Made by a program: the position numbers and the translations under genes. This document shows positions 1 through 8,704 of a stretch of 64,000 nt of DNA, piece after piece. Origin of the DNA: a virus; IMG/VR virus record IMGVR_UViG_3300009099_000001. One strand, written 5' to 3'. Position 1 is the first letter of the stretch, and each line of letters opens with the position of its first letter. Below the pieces are notes generated by a model that was not told where the DNA came from, ran no database searches, and saw nothing but the letters and a program-made list of their open reading frames with translations.

Positions 1-3000
1 TCGTTCGCATCCGATACCGTACAGACTATCCCCTATCGCCGTTTCGCGCCGAACACCATCCCCCGCGCCAGTCTCGAAACCGTTACTGCCGACGCCGGCA
101 AGTACGTCGGCTACGATGCCGGCGGCGTCCCTACCGCATTGGACGCGCCGGACAGCAGCGGCCTCACCCAAACGCAAGTCGACGCGCGCATCGCCACCTG
201 GGCCCGCGCCGGTTCCACAGCCGACGTACCCGAAACCCGCATCCCGGCAGCCATCGCCCGGGATTCCGAACTGCCCGACGTATCCAACTTCCAGACCCAA
301 ACGCAAGTCGACGCCCGCATCGTCTCCTGGGCCCGCGCCGGTTCGTCCGCCGACGTGCCCGAAACCCGTATCCCGGCGTCTATCGCCCGGGATTCCGAAC
401 TGCCGGACACCAGCGCATTTCTCACGCAAGCCCAAATCGATGCCCGCATCACCGCCGGCGTCGCAGACTGGGCGGAACAGGGCAACGCAGACGCCCTCCC
501 GTCCGCCAAATACGGCGCAGCCACGATGCCGCTCGCTACGCTGCAGACCGTCACGGCCAATGCCGGCCAGTTCGTCGCCTACAACGCATCGGGCGTCGTC
601 TCCGCCGTGGACGCCCCTAGCGGCGGCGGGGGCGGCGGTCTCACCGAAACGCAAGTGGATGTACGCATCGCGCCCTGGGCACGGCGGGATACCGTACCCT
701 ATCAACTCTACGGCATCGCCAACGTCGAAGACAATCTGTACCGTATCGGTATCGACGCCAGCGTAACCCTCGTCGGCCACGCAGACGATTTTCACAACAT
801 CGGCGGCCTGGCCTTCGATCCGAGCGACGTCAACGTCTTCTACTACGTCCTAGCCACCGGGACCAATACCCAAGCCCTCTGGAAAGGCACGGTCGAACCC
901 TTCGCCGTCGAAGAAGTCGGAGACGTCCTGACCGAGACCACGAACAAGCAATGGACCTGCCTCGCCTTCGCCGGCGACGGTACCCTGTACAGCATCTCCA
1001 ACCAAGACCATCGCCTCTACAGCATAGACCCCGCCACCGGCGCCGGCACGGTGCAAGGCGCGGCTCTCACGCCTGAAAACGTGACCGGCATGACCTGGTA
1101 CGTGGACACCATGTACGTCATCGACGCCTCGACCGACGAACTCTATACCCTCAACGTCGGCGACCAAACCACGACCTCCATCGTCGATTTCAACGACCTG
1201 CGCGACGGCAGCATATGGCCGCACGGCCTCGCCGCCGTCCCGCCTTATCTCTATTGGGCCGACTCCTTCAACGATCACCTCTATCGCTGGCACGTGGCCG
1301 ACGGCTTTCTCGAAGACCTCGGCGACATGGGCGTCGGCAACGTGAGCGGCCTCTCCGCCGACCACCGCGCCGACTCTACGATCCCCGCGATCCCCGCCTT
1401 GAAATTCGCCGACGGCACCATCGGTATCCGTAGATTGGAATCCAATGCGGACCATGCCGGCCAAGTCGTCGGCTGGGATACCTCAGGAACCCCCGCGGCT
1501 CTGGATTTGCCCAGTACGACCGGTCTCCTCAACCAAACCCAAGTGGACGACCGAATAGCTGCAGGCGTCGCAGACTGGGCGGAACAAGGCAACGCAGGTA
1601 CCATTCCTACCGCAAAGTACGCCGCCAATACCCTGCCTTTGGCGACCCTTCAAACCGTAACGGGGAATGCCGGGCAGTACGTCGCCTACGACGCCGACGG
1701 CGTAATCGCCGCCGTGACTGCGCCTTCCGGCGGCGGCGGACTCACCCAAGCCCAAGTGGACGCCCGCATCGCCACTTGGGCGCGCGCCGGCTCGTCCGCC
1801 GACGTGCCGGAAACTCGTATCCCCGCCAGCATCGCCCGGGACAGCGAATTGCCCTCCGTCGCCGGCCTCTTGAATCAAGCCCAAGTCGATGCCCGCGTCA
1901 CCGCCGGCGTCGCAGACTGGGCGGAAACCGGCAACGCCACCACTATCCCCGTCGCCAAAATCCCCGCATCCATCGCCCGCGACAGCGAACTGCCCGACGT
2001 CTCGAATTTCCTGACCCAAACCCAAGTCGACGCCCGGGTATCCACGGGCGTCTTGGATTGGGCAGAGTCAGGCAACAGCAGCACCATCCCGTCCGCCAAG
2101 TTCGGATCCAACACCATCGCCCGCGCCGCCTTGCAAACCGTCACCGCCGACGCCGGGAAATACATCGGCTACAACTCTTCCGGCGTCGTCGTCGCCTTGG
2201 ACGCGCCCAGCGGCGGCGGCGGATTGACCAACGCCCAAGTCGACGCTCGCATCCAAGCCGGAGTCGCAGATTGGGCTGAAGTTTTTCCGTCCAAACTGTA
2301 CGGCATCAGCAACGACGAAGACGGCCTTTATCAAATCGCCACCGACGCCAGCGCCGCTACGCAAGTCAGCACTTCGGATTCGCATTACAACAACAGCGCC
2401 GGTTCGCTGGTCTTCGATCCCCAAGACCTCAACACGTTCTATTTCACGATCCTGTCCCAAACCGACGCCCGCTATCTCATCAAGGGCACTCTCGTCCCCT
2501 ACACGGCCGCTCGCCTCGGCTCCGAAATCGTCAGCGGCGTCAACAAGCAATTCAACGCAATGGCCTTCGCCGGCGACGGTACGCTCTATGCCGTCAGCCG
2601 TACCGACGACCATCTTTACACGCTGAACACGGCGACCGGCGTCGGCACGGTCCAAGGCTCGGCCCTCAGCTGGGGCAACATCACGGGCATGGCCTGGCAC
2701 GAAGGCCAAATGTACGTGATCGACGCCACCACCGACGCAATCGGTACCCTGAATTTGGCGGACGGCGCCATCACCAGCATCGTGGATTTCAACGATCACA
2801 TTACGGGATCGGTACAGCCGCAGGGCTTGGCCTCCGATCCTCCCTATCTGTATTGGGTCAACAACTTCAACGACCATCTGTATCGTTGGCACGTGACGGA
2901 CGAAACCCTCGACGACCAAGGCGAAATGCCTGTCGGCGGCGTGCAAGGCTTGGCCTTCGCCCAACTGCGTACCGTCCAAATCCCCATCGACCGTATCCCC

Positions 3001-4725
3001 GCCGGCATCGCCCGGGATTCCGAACTGCCCGACGTCTCGAATTTCCTGACCCAAAGTCAAGTCGATACGCGGGTATCCACGGGCGTCGCGGATTGGGCGG
3101 AACAGGGCAACGCCGGCACGATCCCTGCCGCCAAATACGCCGCCGCCACCATCCCCCGCGCCAGCCTCGCGACCGTCGCCGGCGACGCCGGCAAGTACGT
3201 CGGCTACGACGCCGACGGCGTAATCGCTGCCCTGGACGCCCCGTCCGGCGGCGGCGGTGGACTGACGCAAGCTCAAGTCGACGCCCGTATCGCTACCTGG
3301 GCCCGCGCCGGTTCGTCCGCCGACGTACCCGAAACCCGCATCCCCGCAGCCATCGCCCGCGATACCGAACTGCCTGATACTTCGTCGTTTCTGAACCAGA
3401 CCCAAGTCGACGCCCGCGTCACGGCAGGCGTGGAAGATTGGGCGGAAGTGGGCAACGCCGGCACGATCCCCAGCGGCAAATTCGCCGACAATACCATAGC
3501 CCTCTCCCGCATGACCACCGTCGAAGACGACGCCGGGAAATATATGGGCTACGACGCCGACGGCGTACCGGCGGCCCTCGACGCACCCTCCGGCGGCGGC
3601 GGCGGGCTCACCCAAGCCCAAGTCGACGCCCGCATCGCCACCTGGGCCCGCGCCGGTTCGTCCGCCGACGTGCCCGAAACCCGCATCCCGGCCGCTATCG
3701 CCCGGGATACCGAACTGCCCGACGTATCCAACTTCCAGACCCAAAGCCAAGTCGACGCCCGCATCGTCTCTTGGGCCCGCACCGGTTCGTCCGCCGACGT
3801 GCCCGAAACCCGTATCCCGGCGTCTATCGCCCGGGACAGCGAAATCCCCGACGTCTCGAATTTCTTGACCCAAACCCAAGTCGACGCCCGGGTATCCACG
3901 GGCGTCTTGGATTGGGCAGAGTCAGGCAACAGCAGTACGATCCCGGACAACAAAATCCCGGCATCCATCGCGCGGGATTCCGAAATCCCTGCCGTAGCGA
4001 CCTGGGCGCAATATCAGGCCCTCCGTCTCTACGGCACGTCCAACGACAACGACGCGTTCTACGAAATCGACCCCGCCGCAGATTGGGTCGCCTCAATCGG
4101 CGCCTTGGACGAATTCCAAAACAACGTCGGGGGCCTCACCTTCGACCCCGACGAACCCAACACCTTTTATTTCGTGGTCGTTTCGGCGACCGACGCCCTC
4201 TATCTCCACAAGGGCGTCCTGGCGCCGTTCGAATCGGATCGCGTCGGGCAAATCGTGTCCGGCATCAATCGCCGTTTTCGCGGTCTGGCCTTCGACGACA
4301 GCGGTACGCTCTGGGGCGTCTCCAACGCCGCCCGGCGCCTCTATCGCATCAATACCAGCACCGGCGCCGGTACCCTAGTCGGCAGCAATATGGCCTGGAC
4401 CACGGTCACGGGCATGACTTGGCACGACGGCGCCATGTACGTCGTCGACTCCGCCCGGGACGATATCGGCACGATCAATCTCAGCACCGCCGCCGTGACC
4501 CAAGTCTTCGATTTCAGCAATCTCCTTTCCGGCAGCATCTTCCCCGAAGGCTTGGCGTCCGACGGCACGTATCTGTATTGGACCAACGACGCCAACGATC
4601 ACCTGTATCGCGTTCACTTAGGCAATCAGACGATGGACGACATGGGCGAAATGCCCGTCGGCGGCGTGCGCGGCCTCACCTTCGCCACCACCACCCATCC
4701 CGTCATGCCCGACCCGCCGGAGTAA
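1..4725 (+). CDS. Repeat-rich tail-fibre / receptor-binding-like giant protein (5' end outside window)
   Basis: Frame 1 is open from base 1 to TAA 4723-4725 (1574 codons). More than 20 copies of a ~43-aa unit (LTQ.QVDARI..WA..G....IP..RIPA.IARDSELPDVS) alternate with three ~250-aa blocks. These blocks carry YWTD/NHL-like blade motifs (YLYWADSFNDHLYRWHV, YLYWVNNFNDHLYRWHV, YLYWTNDANDHLYRVHL). Function inferred from architecture only. Confidence 0.6.
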   Translation, partial: SFASDTVQTIPYRRFAPNTIPRASLETVTADAGKYVGYDAGGVPTALDAPDSSGLTQTQVDARIATWARAGSTADVPETRIPAAIARDSELPDVSNFQTQTQVDARIVSWARAGSSADVPETRIPASIARDSELPDTSAFLTQAQIDARITAGVADWAEQGNADALPSAKYGAATMPLATLQTVTANAGQFVAYNASGVVSAVDAPSGGGGGGLTETQVDVRIAPWARRDTVPYQLYGIANVEDNLYRIGIDASVTLVGHADDFHNIGGLAFDPSDVNVFYYVLATGTNTQALWKGTVEPFAVEEVGDVLTETTNKQWTCLAFAGDGTLYSISNQDHRLYSIDPATGAGTVQGAALTPENVTGMTWYVDTMYVIDASTDELYTLNVGDQTTTSIVDFNDLRDGSIWPHGLAAVPPYLYWADSFNDHLYRWHVADGFLEDLGDMGVGNVSGLSADHRADSTIPAIPALKFADGTIGIRRLESNADHAGQVVGWDTSGTPAALDLPSTTGLLNQTQVDDRIAAGVADWAEQGNAGTIPTAKYAANTLPLATLQTVTGNAGQYVAYDADGVIAAVTAPSGGGGLTQAQVDARIATWARAGSSADVPETRIPASIARDSELPSVAGLLNQAQVDARVTAGVADWAETGNATTIPVAKIPASIARDSELPDVSNFLTQTQVDARVSTGVLDWAESGNSSTIPSAKFGSNTIARAALQTVTADAGKYIGYNSSGVVVALDAPSGGGGLTNAQVDARIQAGVADWAEVFPSKLYGISNDEDGLYQIATDASAATQVSTSDSHYNNSAGSLVFDPQDLNTFYFTILSQTDARYLIKGTLVPYTAARLGSEIVSGVNKQFNAMAFAGDGTLYAVSRTDDHLYTLNTATGVGTVQGSALSWGNITGMAWHEGQMYVIDATTDAIGTLNLADGAITSIVDFNDHITGSVQPQGLASDPPYLYWVNNFNDHLYRWHVTDETLDDQGEMPVGGVQGLAFAQLRTVQIPIDRIPAGIARDSELPDVSNFLTQSQVDTRVSTGVADWAEQGNAGTIPAAKYAAATIPRASLATVAGDAGKYVGYDADGVIAALDAPSGGGGGLTQAQVDARIATWARAGSSADVPETRIPAAIARDTELPDTSSFLNQTQVDARVTAGVEDWAEVGNAGTIPSGKFADNTIALSRMTTVEDDAGKYMGYDADGVPAALDAPSGGGGGLTQAQVDARIATWARAGSSADVPETRIPAAIARDTELPDVSNFQTQSQVDARIVSWARTGSSADVPETRIPASIARDSEIPDVSNFLTQTQVDARVSTGVLDWAESGNSSTIPDNKIPASIARDSEIPAVATWAQYQALRLYGTSNDNDAFYEIDPAADWVASIGALDEFQNNVGGLTFDPDEPNTFYFVVVSATDALYLHKGVLAPFESDRVGQIVSGINRRFRGLAFDDSGTLWGVSNAARRLYRINTSTGAGTLVGSNMAWTTVTGMTWHDGAMYVVDSARDDIGTINLSTAAVTQVFDFSNLLSGSIFPEGLASDGTYLYWTNDANDHLYRVHLGNQTMDDMGEMPVGGVRGLTFATTTHPVMPDPPE

Positions 4726-4747
4726 TGGAACCGCCTAGGAATTTCCC

Positions 4748-5389
4748 ATGCTGTATTTCCTCCTTTCCAGTTGTCTAGCGCCTTGGCTCATAGGAGCCGG
4801 CATAAGCTCGACGACCCTCGAAACGTACCTTCACAAATTGGCGCAATTGCCCACAGCGCCCCATATCCAAGACATCCCCTACGACCGCAAGACATGGCGC
4901 CATTGGGTCGATGCCGACGGCGATTGCCAAAACACCCGCGCCGAAGTGCTCGTCGCCGAGTCGACCATCCCCGTAACTTTCCGTACCGACAAATCATGTA
5001 CCGTCCACACAGGACTTTGGTTCGGACCCTGGGGCGGCGAAGAACGCAAGTTCGCCGGCGATCTGGACATAGACCATCACGTGCCCCTGCTCAATGCCCA
5101 CAGGTCCGGCGGCGCCCATTGGTCGGCGACCGCCAAACGCGCCTACGCCAACGACTTGGCCTTGGCCCCGGCCCTGCAAGCCACGCAAGCCGCCATGAAC
5201 CGCTTGAAAGGCGGCAAAGGTCCCGAAGCCTGGAAACCGCCCGCGACCCAAGCCTGGTGCACGTACGCCCAAAATTGGATCGACGTCAAGACCAAGTACC
5301 ACCTCACCGTCACGTCCGCCGAACAAACCGCCTTGCACGAAATGCTGGCCACCTGCCCCACGACCGCATCTGCGCATTGTCCCAACTGA
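4748..5389 (+). CDS. Secreted DUF1524/HNH-type (GmrSD C-terminal-like) nuclease
   Basis: 213 aa. Hydrophobic signal-like N-terminus (MLYFLLSSCLAPWLIGAG), then DADGDCQNTRAEVL, DIDHHVPLLNAH, YANDL and NRLKGGKG blocks typical of DUF1524 nucleases. Confidence 0.6.
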   Translation: MLYFLLSSCLAPWLIGAGISSTTLETYLHKLAQLPTAPHIQDIPYDRKTWRHWVDADGDCQNTRAEVLVAESTIPVTFRTDKSCTVHTGLWFGPWGGEERKFAGDLDIDHHVPLLNAHRSGGAHWSATAKRAYANDLALAPALQATQAAMNRLKGGKGPEAWKPPATQAWCTYAQNWIDVKTKYHLTVTSAEQTALHEMLATCPTTASAHCPN

Positions 5390-5423
5390 CCCATCCCGTC
5401 ATGCCGGACGCATCGTCGTAGAC

Positions 5424-5450
5424 AAAGAAAAAGCCCCGGCAACCCGGGGC
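5424..5450 (-). terminator. Rho-independent terminator for 5475-5879
   Basis: Minus strand reads GCCCCGG-GTTG-CCGGGGC followed by TTTTTCTTTG. Lies between convergent genes. Confidence 0.7.
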
Positions 5451-5474
5451 TCTGGGACTGGCAACAGGTCAGGA

Positions 5475-5879
5475 TTACAGCACGCGTCGCCCGCCGAAAC
5501 TTAGACGTTCCCCATTCTCACGCTCGTTTTTTTGTGCCCATTGGCGCCTGGTCATTACAGGCGCTTCCTGCGCAGTTTCGCAGGGGGACGAGTGAAGTGT
5601 CGGTGGTTCCGGGTCTGGCTGTCCCGAGGCTTTGAAAACCGCGGCTTCGTCCGCGGTCATCACCGCGGCAACCATCGCCACGCGTCCGTTCCACTCTTTC
5701 CAATCGATTACGTCTCCAATCCGCTCAGTGCTGATGCAACCGGCGCGGGTTTTGACGACGATCCGACGTCCGGGGGTCCATTTCTCCCGCGCGCCGAGGT
5801 TGGCGCTGAAACAACGAATTCCCCAAACGAGCGGGTCTTCGCTGATTTTTTTCCAAGTAGCGGTGATAGGTACGGTCAT
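5475..5879 (-). CDS. Hypothetical early protein (WTPGR-domain paralogue family)
   Basis: 134 aa from ATG 5879, preceded by a CACAGGAG leader/RBS. Core EKWTPGRRIVVKTRAG..IGDVIDWKEW aligns with 50463-51101. The longer track ORF (to 5975) runs through the promoter. Confidence 0.7.
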   Translation of the reverse strand: MTVPITATWKKISEDPLVWGIRCFSANLGAREKWTPGRRIVVKTRAGCISTERIGDVIDWKEWNGRVAMVAAVMTADEAAVFKASGQPDPEPPTLHSSPCETAQEAPVMTRRQWAQKNERENGERLSFGGRRVL

Positions 5880-5908
5880 GACTGTCTCTCCTGTGCAACT
5901 ATACCTAT

Positions 5909-5937
5909 ATATTACCACAAGACTCACCGGATTGTAA
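5909..5937 (-). promoter_or_regulatory. Early promoter cassette copy (TTACAA-N17-TGG-TAATAT)
   Basis: Minus strand: -35 TTACAA (5932-5937), 17-nt spacer ending TGG, -10 TAATAT (5909-5914). Conserved ATTTCCCCTT sits upstream of the -35. Confidence 0.6.
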
Positions 5938-6080
5938 GGGGAAATCAACCCCAATCGCGAATTTGGTCCCAACAATTTTCATTCCACGGTGCCAATGGGT
6001 CTACTACCGAATATGCTTGGCTCAAGCCTTGGACAGCGACTAAGGGGCCGTGGCGGGCGGGGATGCCGGAATAAATGCAC

Positions 6081-6107
6081 AAAAAAGGCCCCGTTTCCTA
6101 CGGGGCC
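6081..6107 (-). terminator. Rho-independent terminator
   Basis: Minus strand GGCCCCG-TAGGAAA-CGGGGCC followed by TTTTTT. Confidence 0.7.
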
Positions 6108-6181
6108 TTGCGGGGTTCGGTTTCGCCTTCCAGCAGCAGGGGCCGGAAAGTGAAGGGGGCCAATAGACGGGTGGTACTCAT
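6098..6181 (-). CDS. 27-codon micro-ORF (or non-coding transcript) in a stand-alone promoter-to-terminator unit
   Basis: ATG 6181 lies behind the consensus leader CACACACAGGAGTTGTTC. Translation is MSTTRLLAPFTFRPLLLEGETEPRKAP. The TAG stop lies in the terminator loop. Below the ORF-track cutoff. Confidence 0.3.
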   Translation of the reverse strand: MSTTRLLAPFTFRPLLLEGETEPRKAP

Positions 6182-6211
6182 GAACAACTCCTGTGTGTGT
6201 GCGTATGGCCC

Positions 6212-6240
6212 ATATTACCACAGGACGAAAAGTAACGCAA
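6212..6240 (-). promoter_or_regulatory. Early promoter cassette copy (TTGCGT-N17-TGG-TAATAT)
   Basis: -10 TAATAT at 6212-6217, -35 TTGCGT at 6235-6240, ATTTCCCCTT upstream. Confidence 0.6.
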
Positions 6241-6247
6241 GGGGAAA

Positions 6248-6583
6248 TCACTCCCACTTCCGAAATTGGCGGTCAGTGGGCTTAGCGTTCTTGCTGGCAC
6301 GGAGGGCGCGTAGCGTCTGTTCCCACGTGAGTTCTTTGTAGTACCCGTGGATCAACAGCACGATTTCTGCAGCCTCCTTCCAATGGCTGGATAGGCATTG
6401 GAACCACATATAGCGGCGTCTATGTTGTTCGTCGGGGATGCCGTATTGGCGGAAGGCGGCAGCAATGGCGGGGTCTAAGGGGTCTTCCTTGACGGGCTTC
6501 GCATGTCGCTTGATATACCTTTCGGCTTTTTCCTGTACCTCGCGGCTCTTGGAGAGCGGCAAGAGATAGACAATTTTAGGCAT
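6248..6583 (-). CDS. Hypothetical protein
   Basis: 111-aa ORF, visibly AT-richer than its neighbours. No recognisable motif and no clear SD. Confidence 0.55.
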   Translation of the reverse strand: MPKIVYLLPLSKSREVQEKAERYIKRHAKPVKEDPLDPAIAAAFRQYGIPDEQHRRRYMWFQCLSSHWKEAAEIVLLIHGYYKELTWEQTLRALRASKNAKPTDRQFRKWE

Positions 6584-6609
6584 ACGCGTTCTTGATTAAA
6601 GAATGGATA

Positions 6610-6621
6610 TATACTTGTGCT
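6610..6621 (+). promoter_or_regulatory. Leaderless-type promoter for the portal gene (TATACT-N6-ATG)
   Basis: TATACT at 6610-6615, then 6 nt, then ATG 6622. Same geometry as at 19775 and 53997. Confidence 0.5.
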
Positions 6622-8193
6622 ATGACTGTCGCCATGACGCCCAAGTGGAACGCTGGCCTGCGGGCCTGGTTGCGGCGCTTGGGGACGCTGTTTGCTCCCG
6701 AAACCCCGTTGCCGCCGAGCCGGCCAGAGCCGCAGACGGCGGCGACTACGACGCTGCGCCCGGAAATTCGGCATCGCTTGGGGTATGGCCTCTGGGACGA
6801 AATCAAGGTCACGGATGCAGAGTCGCCCTATTATCAACCATCCCGTGTGGACTGGGTGGATCAGAGCCGGCGGCTTTTCGACATCGACGCCCGGGTACAG
6901 GGCGTGGTCGAAATGGTTCTGCGGGACATCTTGCGGGTGGGGTGGTCGTGGAAACTCAACGAAGACCTGCCGATGCGCCAGCAGGATACGATCCGAGCCA
7001 AGCTCGAAGATTTGGAGATGCGCTTGGACTTGTCACGGCAGATTACGGCGTGGCTGGAGTCGGTGTTCGTGGACGGGGATCTGTTTCTGCAGATCGTGAT
7101 CGACGGGCGCAGTAGACGCGTGCTCAAGGTCTTGCCGCTCTCCACGCTGCATATGGAGCGATTATCCAACGACTACGACGAGTTCGACGATCCCAATAAC
7201 GCCTTTATTCGGCGCGAATGGCCGGATACGTTTGGGGAATACCAGTGGCAGCGGGAAGACAGCGGAACGCCCTATGCCGCTTGGGAAATCTTGCACGTGC
7301 GCTGGGGGCAGATGCCCCGGCGTCGCTATGGACGGCCCCTGTTGGCAGCGGGCTTGGCGAATGCGCGATCTGCCAAACGCGGCGAGTTCGACATGGCGAT
7401 CCGACGGGCAGTGCGGGCCGGCATGAAGTTGCATCACCAAATCGGGGCCGACAGCGCCATGACGGGGCCCGTGACCGATCGTCAGATCCGGGAATATCTG
7501 GAGCTCAACAAGACGGCTCTGGACAATCCCTATGCCAGCGCCATAGATTTCTTCAGCAATGCGGGGACGACGATTTCGCCCATTCAGGGGGATGCCAATC
7601 TGTCGGACATCGACGACATCAAGCATCACGTGGATACCTTCTTCGTGCAGTCGCCCGTACCCAAACCCCTGCTCGGCTACAGCGACGACATTAATCGAGA
7701 CGTCTTGGGCAAGAGCCAAGAGCAATATCGGCTAACGCTGGAGGATATGTCTCGGTGGGTGGCCGCGGAATTGTTGCATCCGCTGTTGTGGCGCTGTCTG
7801 CTGATCGAAGGCACGCAGGACGGGACCTATATCCAGCAGCAAGACCTGACCTGTGAGTTCGGCAGTCGGGGTCTCTACGACGCGGAGCAGTTTGCGCAGA
7901 CGTCCGACAGCGTGCTCAAGTTGGTCAATCAGGGATTGCTCTCGCAAGAGGGGGCCTGGGACATCTTGGAGCGGGAACTCCCGCACTTCGACCGGGAAGC
8001 CGAACGGGAACGGCTCGAAGACATGGCGTGGGAACAAGCGCAGATGGACGCGGCCTTAGACGATGCGGATGAAGACGAGGACATGGAGAGCGGGGATGAC
8101 GGAGACGACACAGCAGACGATATGCAAGAAGCCCCTGCATGGAGGCTCAACGGATTTGCAGATGGCAAGCGGCTCGGATTTCGAGATGACTGA
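6622..8193 (+). CDS. Portal (head-to-tail connector) protein
   Basis: 523 aa. Conserved portal-like block RRYGRPLLAAGLANARSAKRGEFDMAIRRAVRAG and an acidic C-terminal tail (DADEDEDMESGDDGDD). Lies next to the terminase genes. Start chosen at ATG 6622 rather than TTG 6592. Confidence 0.75.
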   Translation: MTVAMTPKWNAGLRAWLRRLGTLFAPETPLPPSRPEPQTAATTTLRPEIRHRLGYGLWDEIKVTDAESPYYQPSRVDWVDQSRRLFDIDARVQGVVEMVLRDILRVGWSWKLNEDLPMRQQDTIRAKLEDLEMRLDLSRQITAWLESVFVDGDLFLQIVIDGRSRRVLKVLPLSTLHMERLSNDYDEFDDPNNAFIRREWPDTFGEYQWQREDSGTPYAAWEILHVRWGQMPRRRYGRPLLAAGLANARSAKRGEFDMAIRRAVRAGMKLHHQIGADSAMTGPVTDRQIREYLELNKTALDNPYASAIDFFSNAGTTISPIQGDANLSDIDDIKHHVDTFFVQSPVPKPLLGYSDDINRDVLGKSQEQYRLTLEDMSRWVAAELLHPLLWRCLLIEGTQDGTYIQQQDLTCEFGSRGLYDAEQFAQTSDSVLKLVNQGLLSQEGAWDILERELPHFDREAERERLEDMAWEQAQMDAALDDADEDEDMESGDDGDDTADDMQEAPAWRLNGFADGKRLGFRDD

Positions 8194-8203
8194 GTAAGCC
8201 GCT

Positions 8204-8704
8204 ATGACCTATCGCAACCGAATTAAAGAATTGCGGATGGTGCGGGTCCAGGACTTGCAGCCTGACCCGCGCAATTGGCGGGGTCATCCGGCTACCCAGC
8301 GCCAAGCGTTGACTGCCATGTTGGAACGCATCGGCTTAGCCGACGCGGTGCTCGTGCGGGAAACAGAGACGGGGCTGGTGCTGATCGACGGCCATCTGCG
8401 CCAAGACATTCTCGGGAGTGCCCCCGACACCCGGGTTCCCTGCTTGATACTCGATTTGGACGAGCAGGAAGCGGGGGAAGTCATGGGCACGTTGGATCCG
8501 TTGGCGGGCATGGCCGTCGCCGACGAAATCGCCTTGGCCGACTTGTTGGCGACGCTGCCCACCGAGGTACAGGCCCCCCTGGGCGAACTCTATGCCGATC
8601 CCCAGATCCCCGAATTGGAACTCGACTTGGACGCCGTGCCGGAAGTGGGTTCTGAACCCTCCGCTGCGGGGACGACATGCCCGAGGTGTGGCCATGTCTT
8701 CTGA
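8204..8704 (+). CDS. ParB-like nuclease (ParB/Srx N-terminal) domain protein with C-terminal CxxC
   Basis: 166 aa. LQPDPRNWRGH, LVLIDGHLR and acidic LDLDEQEAGEV blocks typical of the ParB N-terminal domain. C-terminal CPRCGHVF. Confidence 0.65.
   Translation: MTYRNRIKELRMVRVQDLQPDPRNWRGHPATQRQALTAMLERIGLADAVLVRETETGLVLIDGHLRQDILGSAPDTRVPCLILDLDEQEAGEVMGTLDPLAGMAVADEIALADLLATLPTEVQAPLGELYADPQIPELELDLDAVPEVGSEPSAAGTTCPRCGHVF

Noticed and set aside
2068-3879. 603-aa minus-strand ORF (and many similar ones: 850-1464, 1483-2025, 3549-3968) antisense to the fibre gene
   Set aside because: These are typical high-GC shadow ORFs. They are Gly/Arg/Ala/Asp-rich low-complexity translations that lie fully inside a strongly supported + strand gene. 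They have no RBS or promoter.
139-4725. Possibility that the regular repeats in the first 4.7 kb are a CRISPR array or satellite
   Set aside because: The repeats are in-frame and of variable spacing. They are embedded in one continuous ORF with conserved amino-acid (not only nucleotide) periodicity. I noticed no CRISPR-like repeat-spacer array anywhere in the window.
6592-6621. TTG start at 6592 for the portal gene (track start)
   Set aside because: ATG 6622 sits exactly 6 nt after a TATACT box, the same geometry as the capsid and M23 genes. The 10 extra codons would overlap the promoter.
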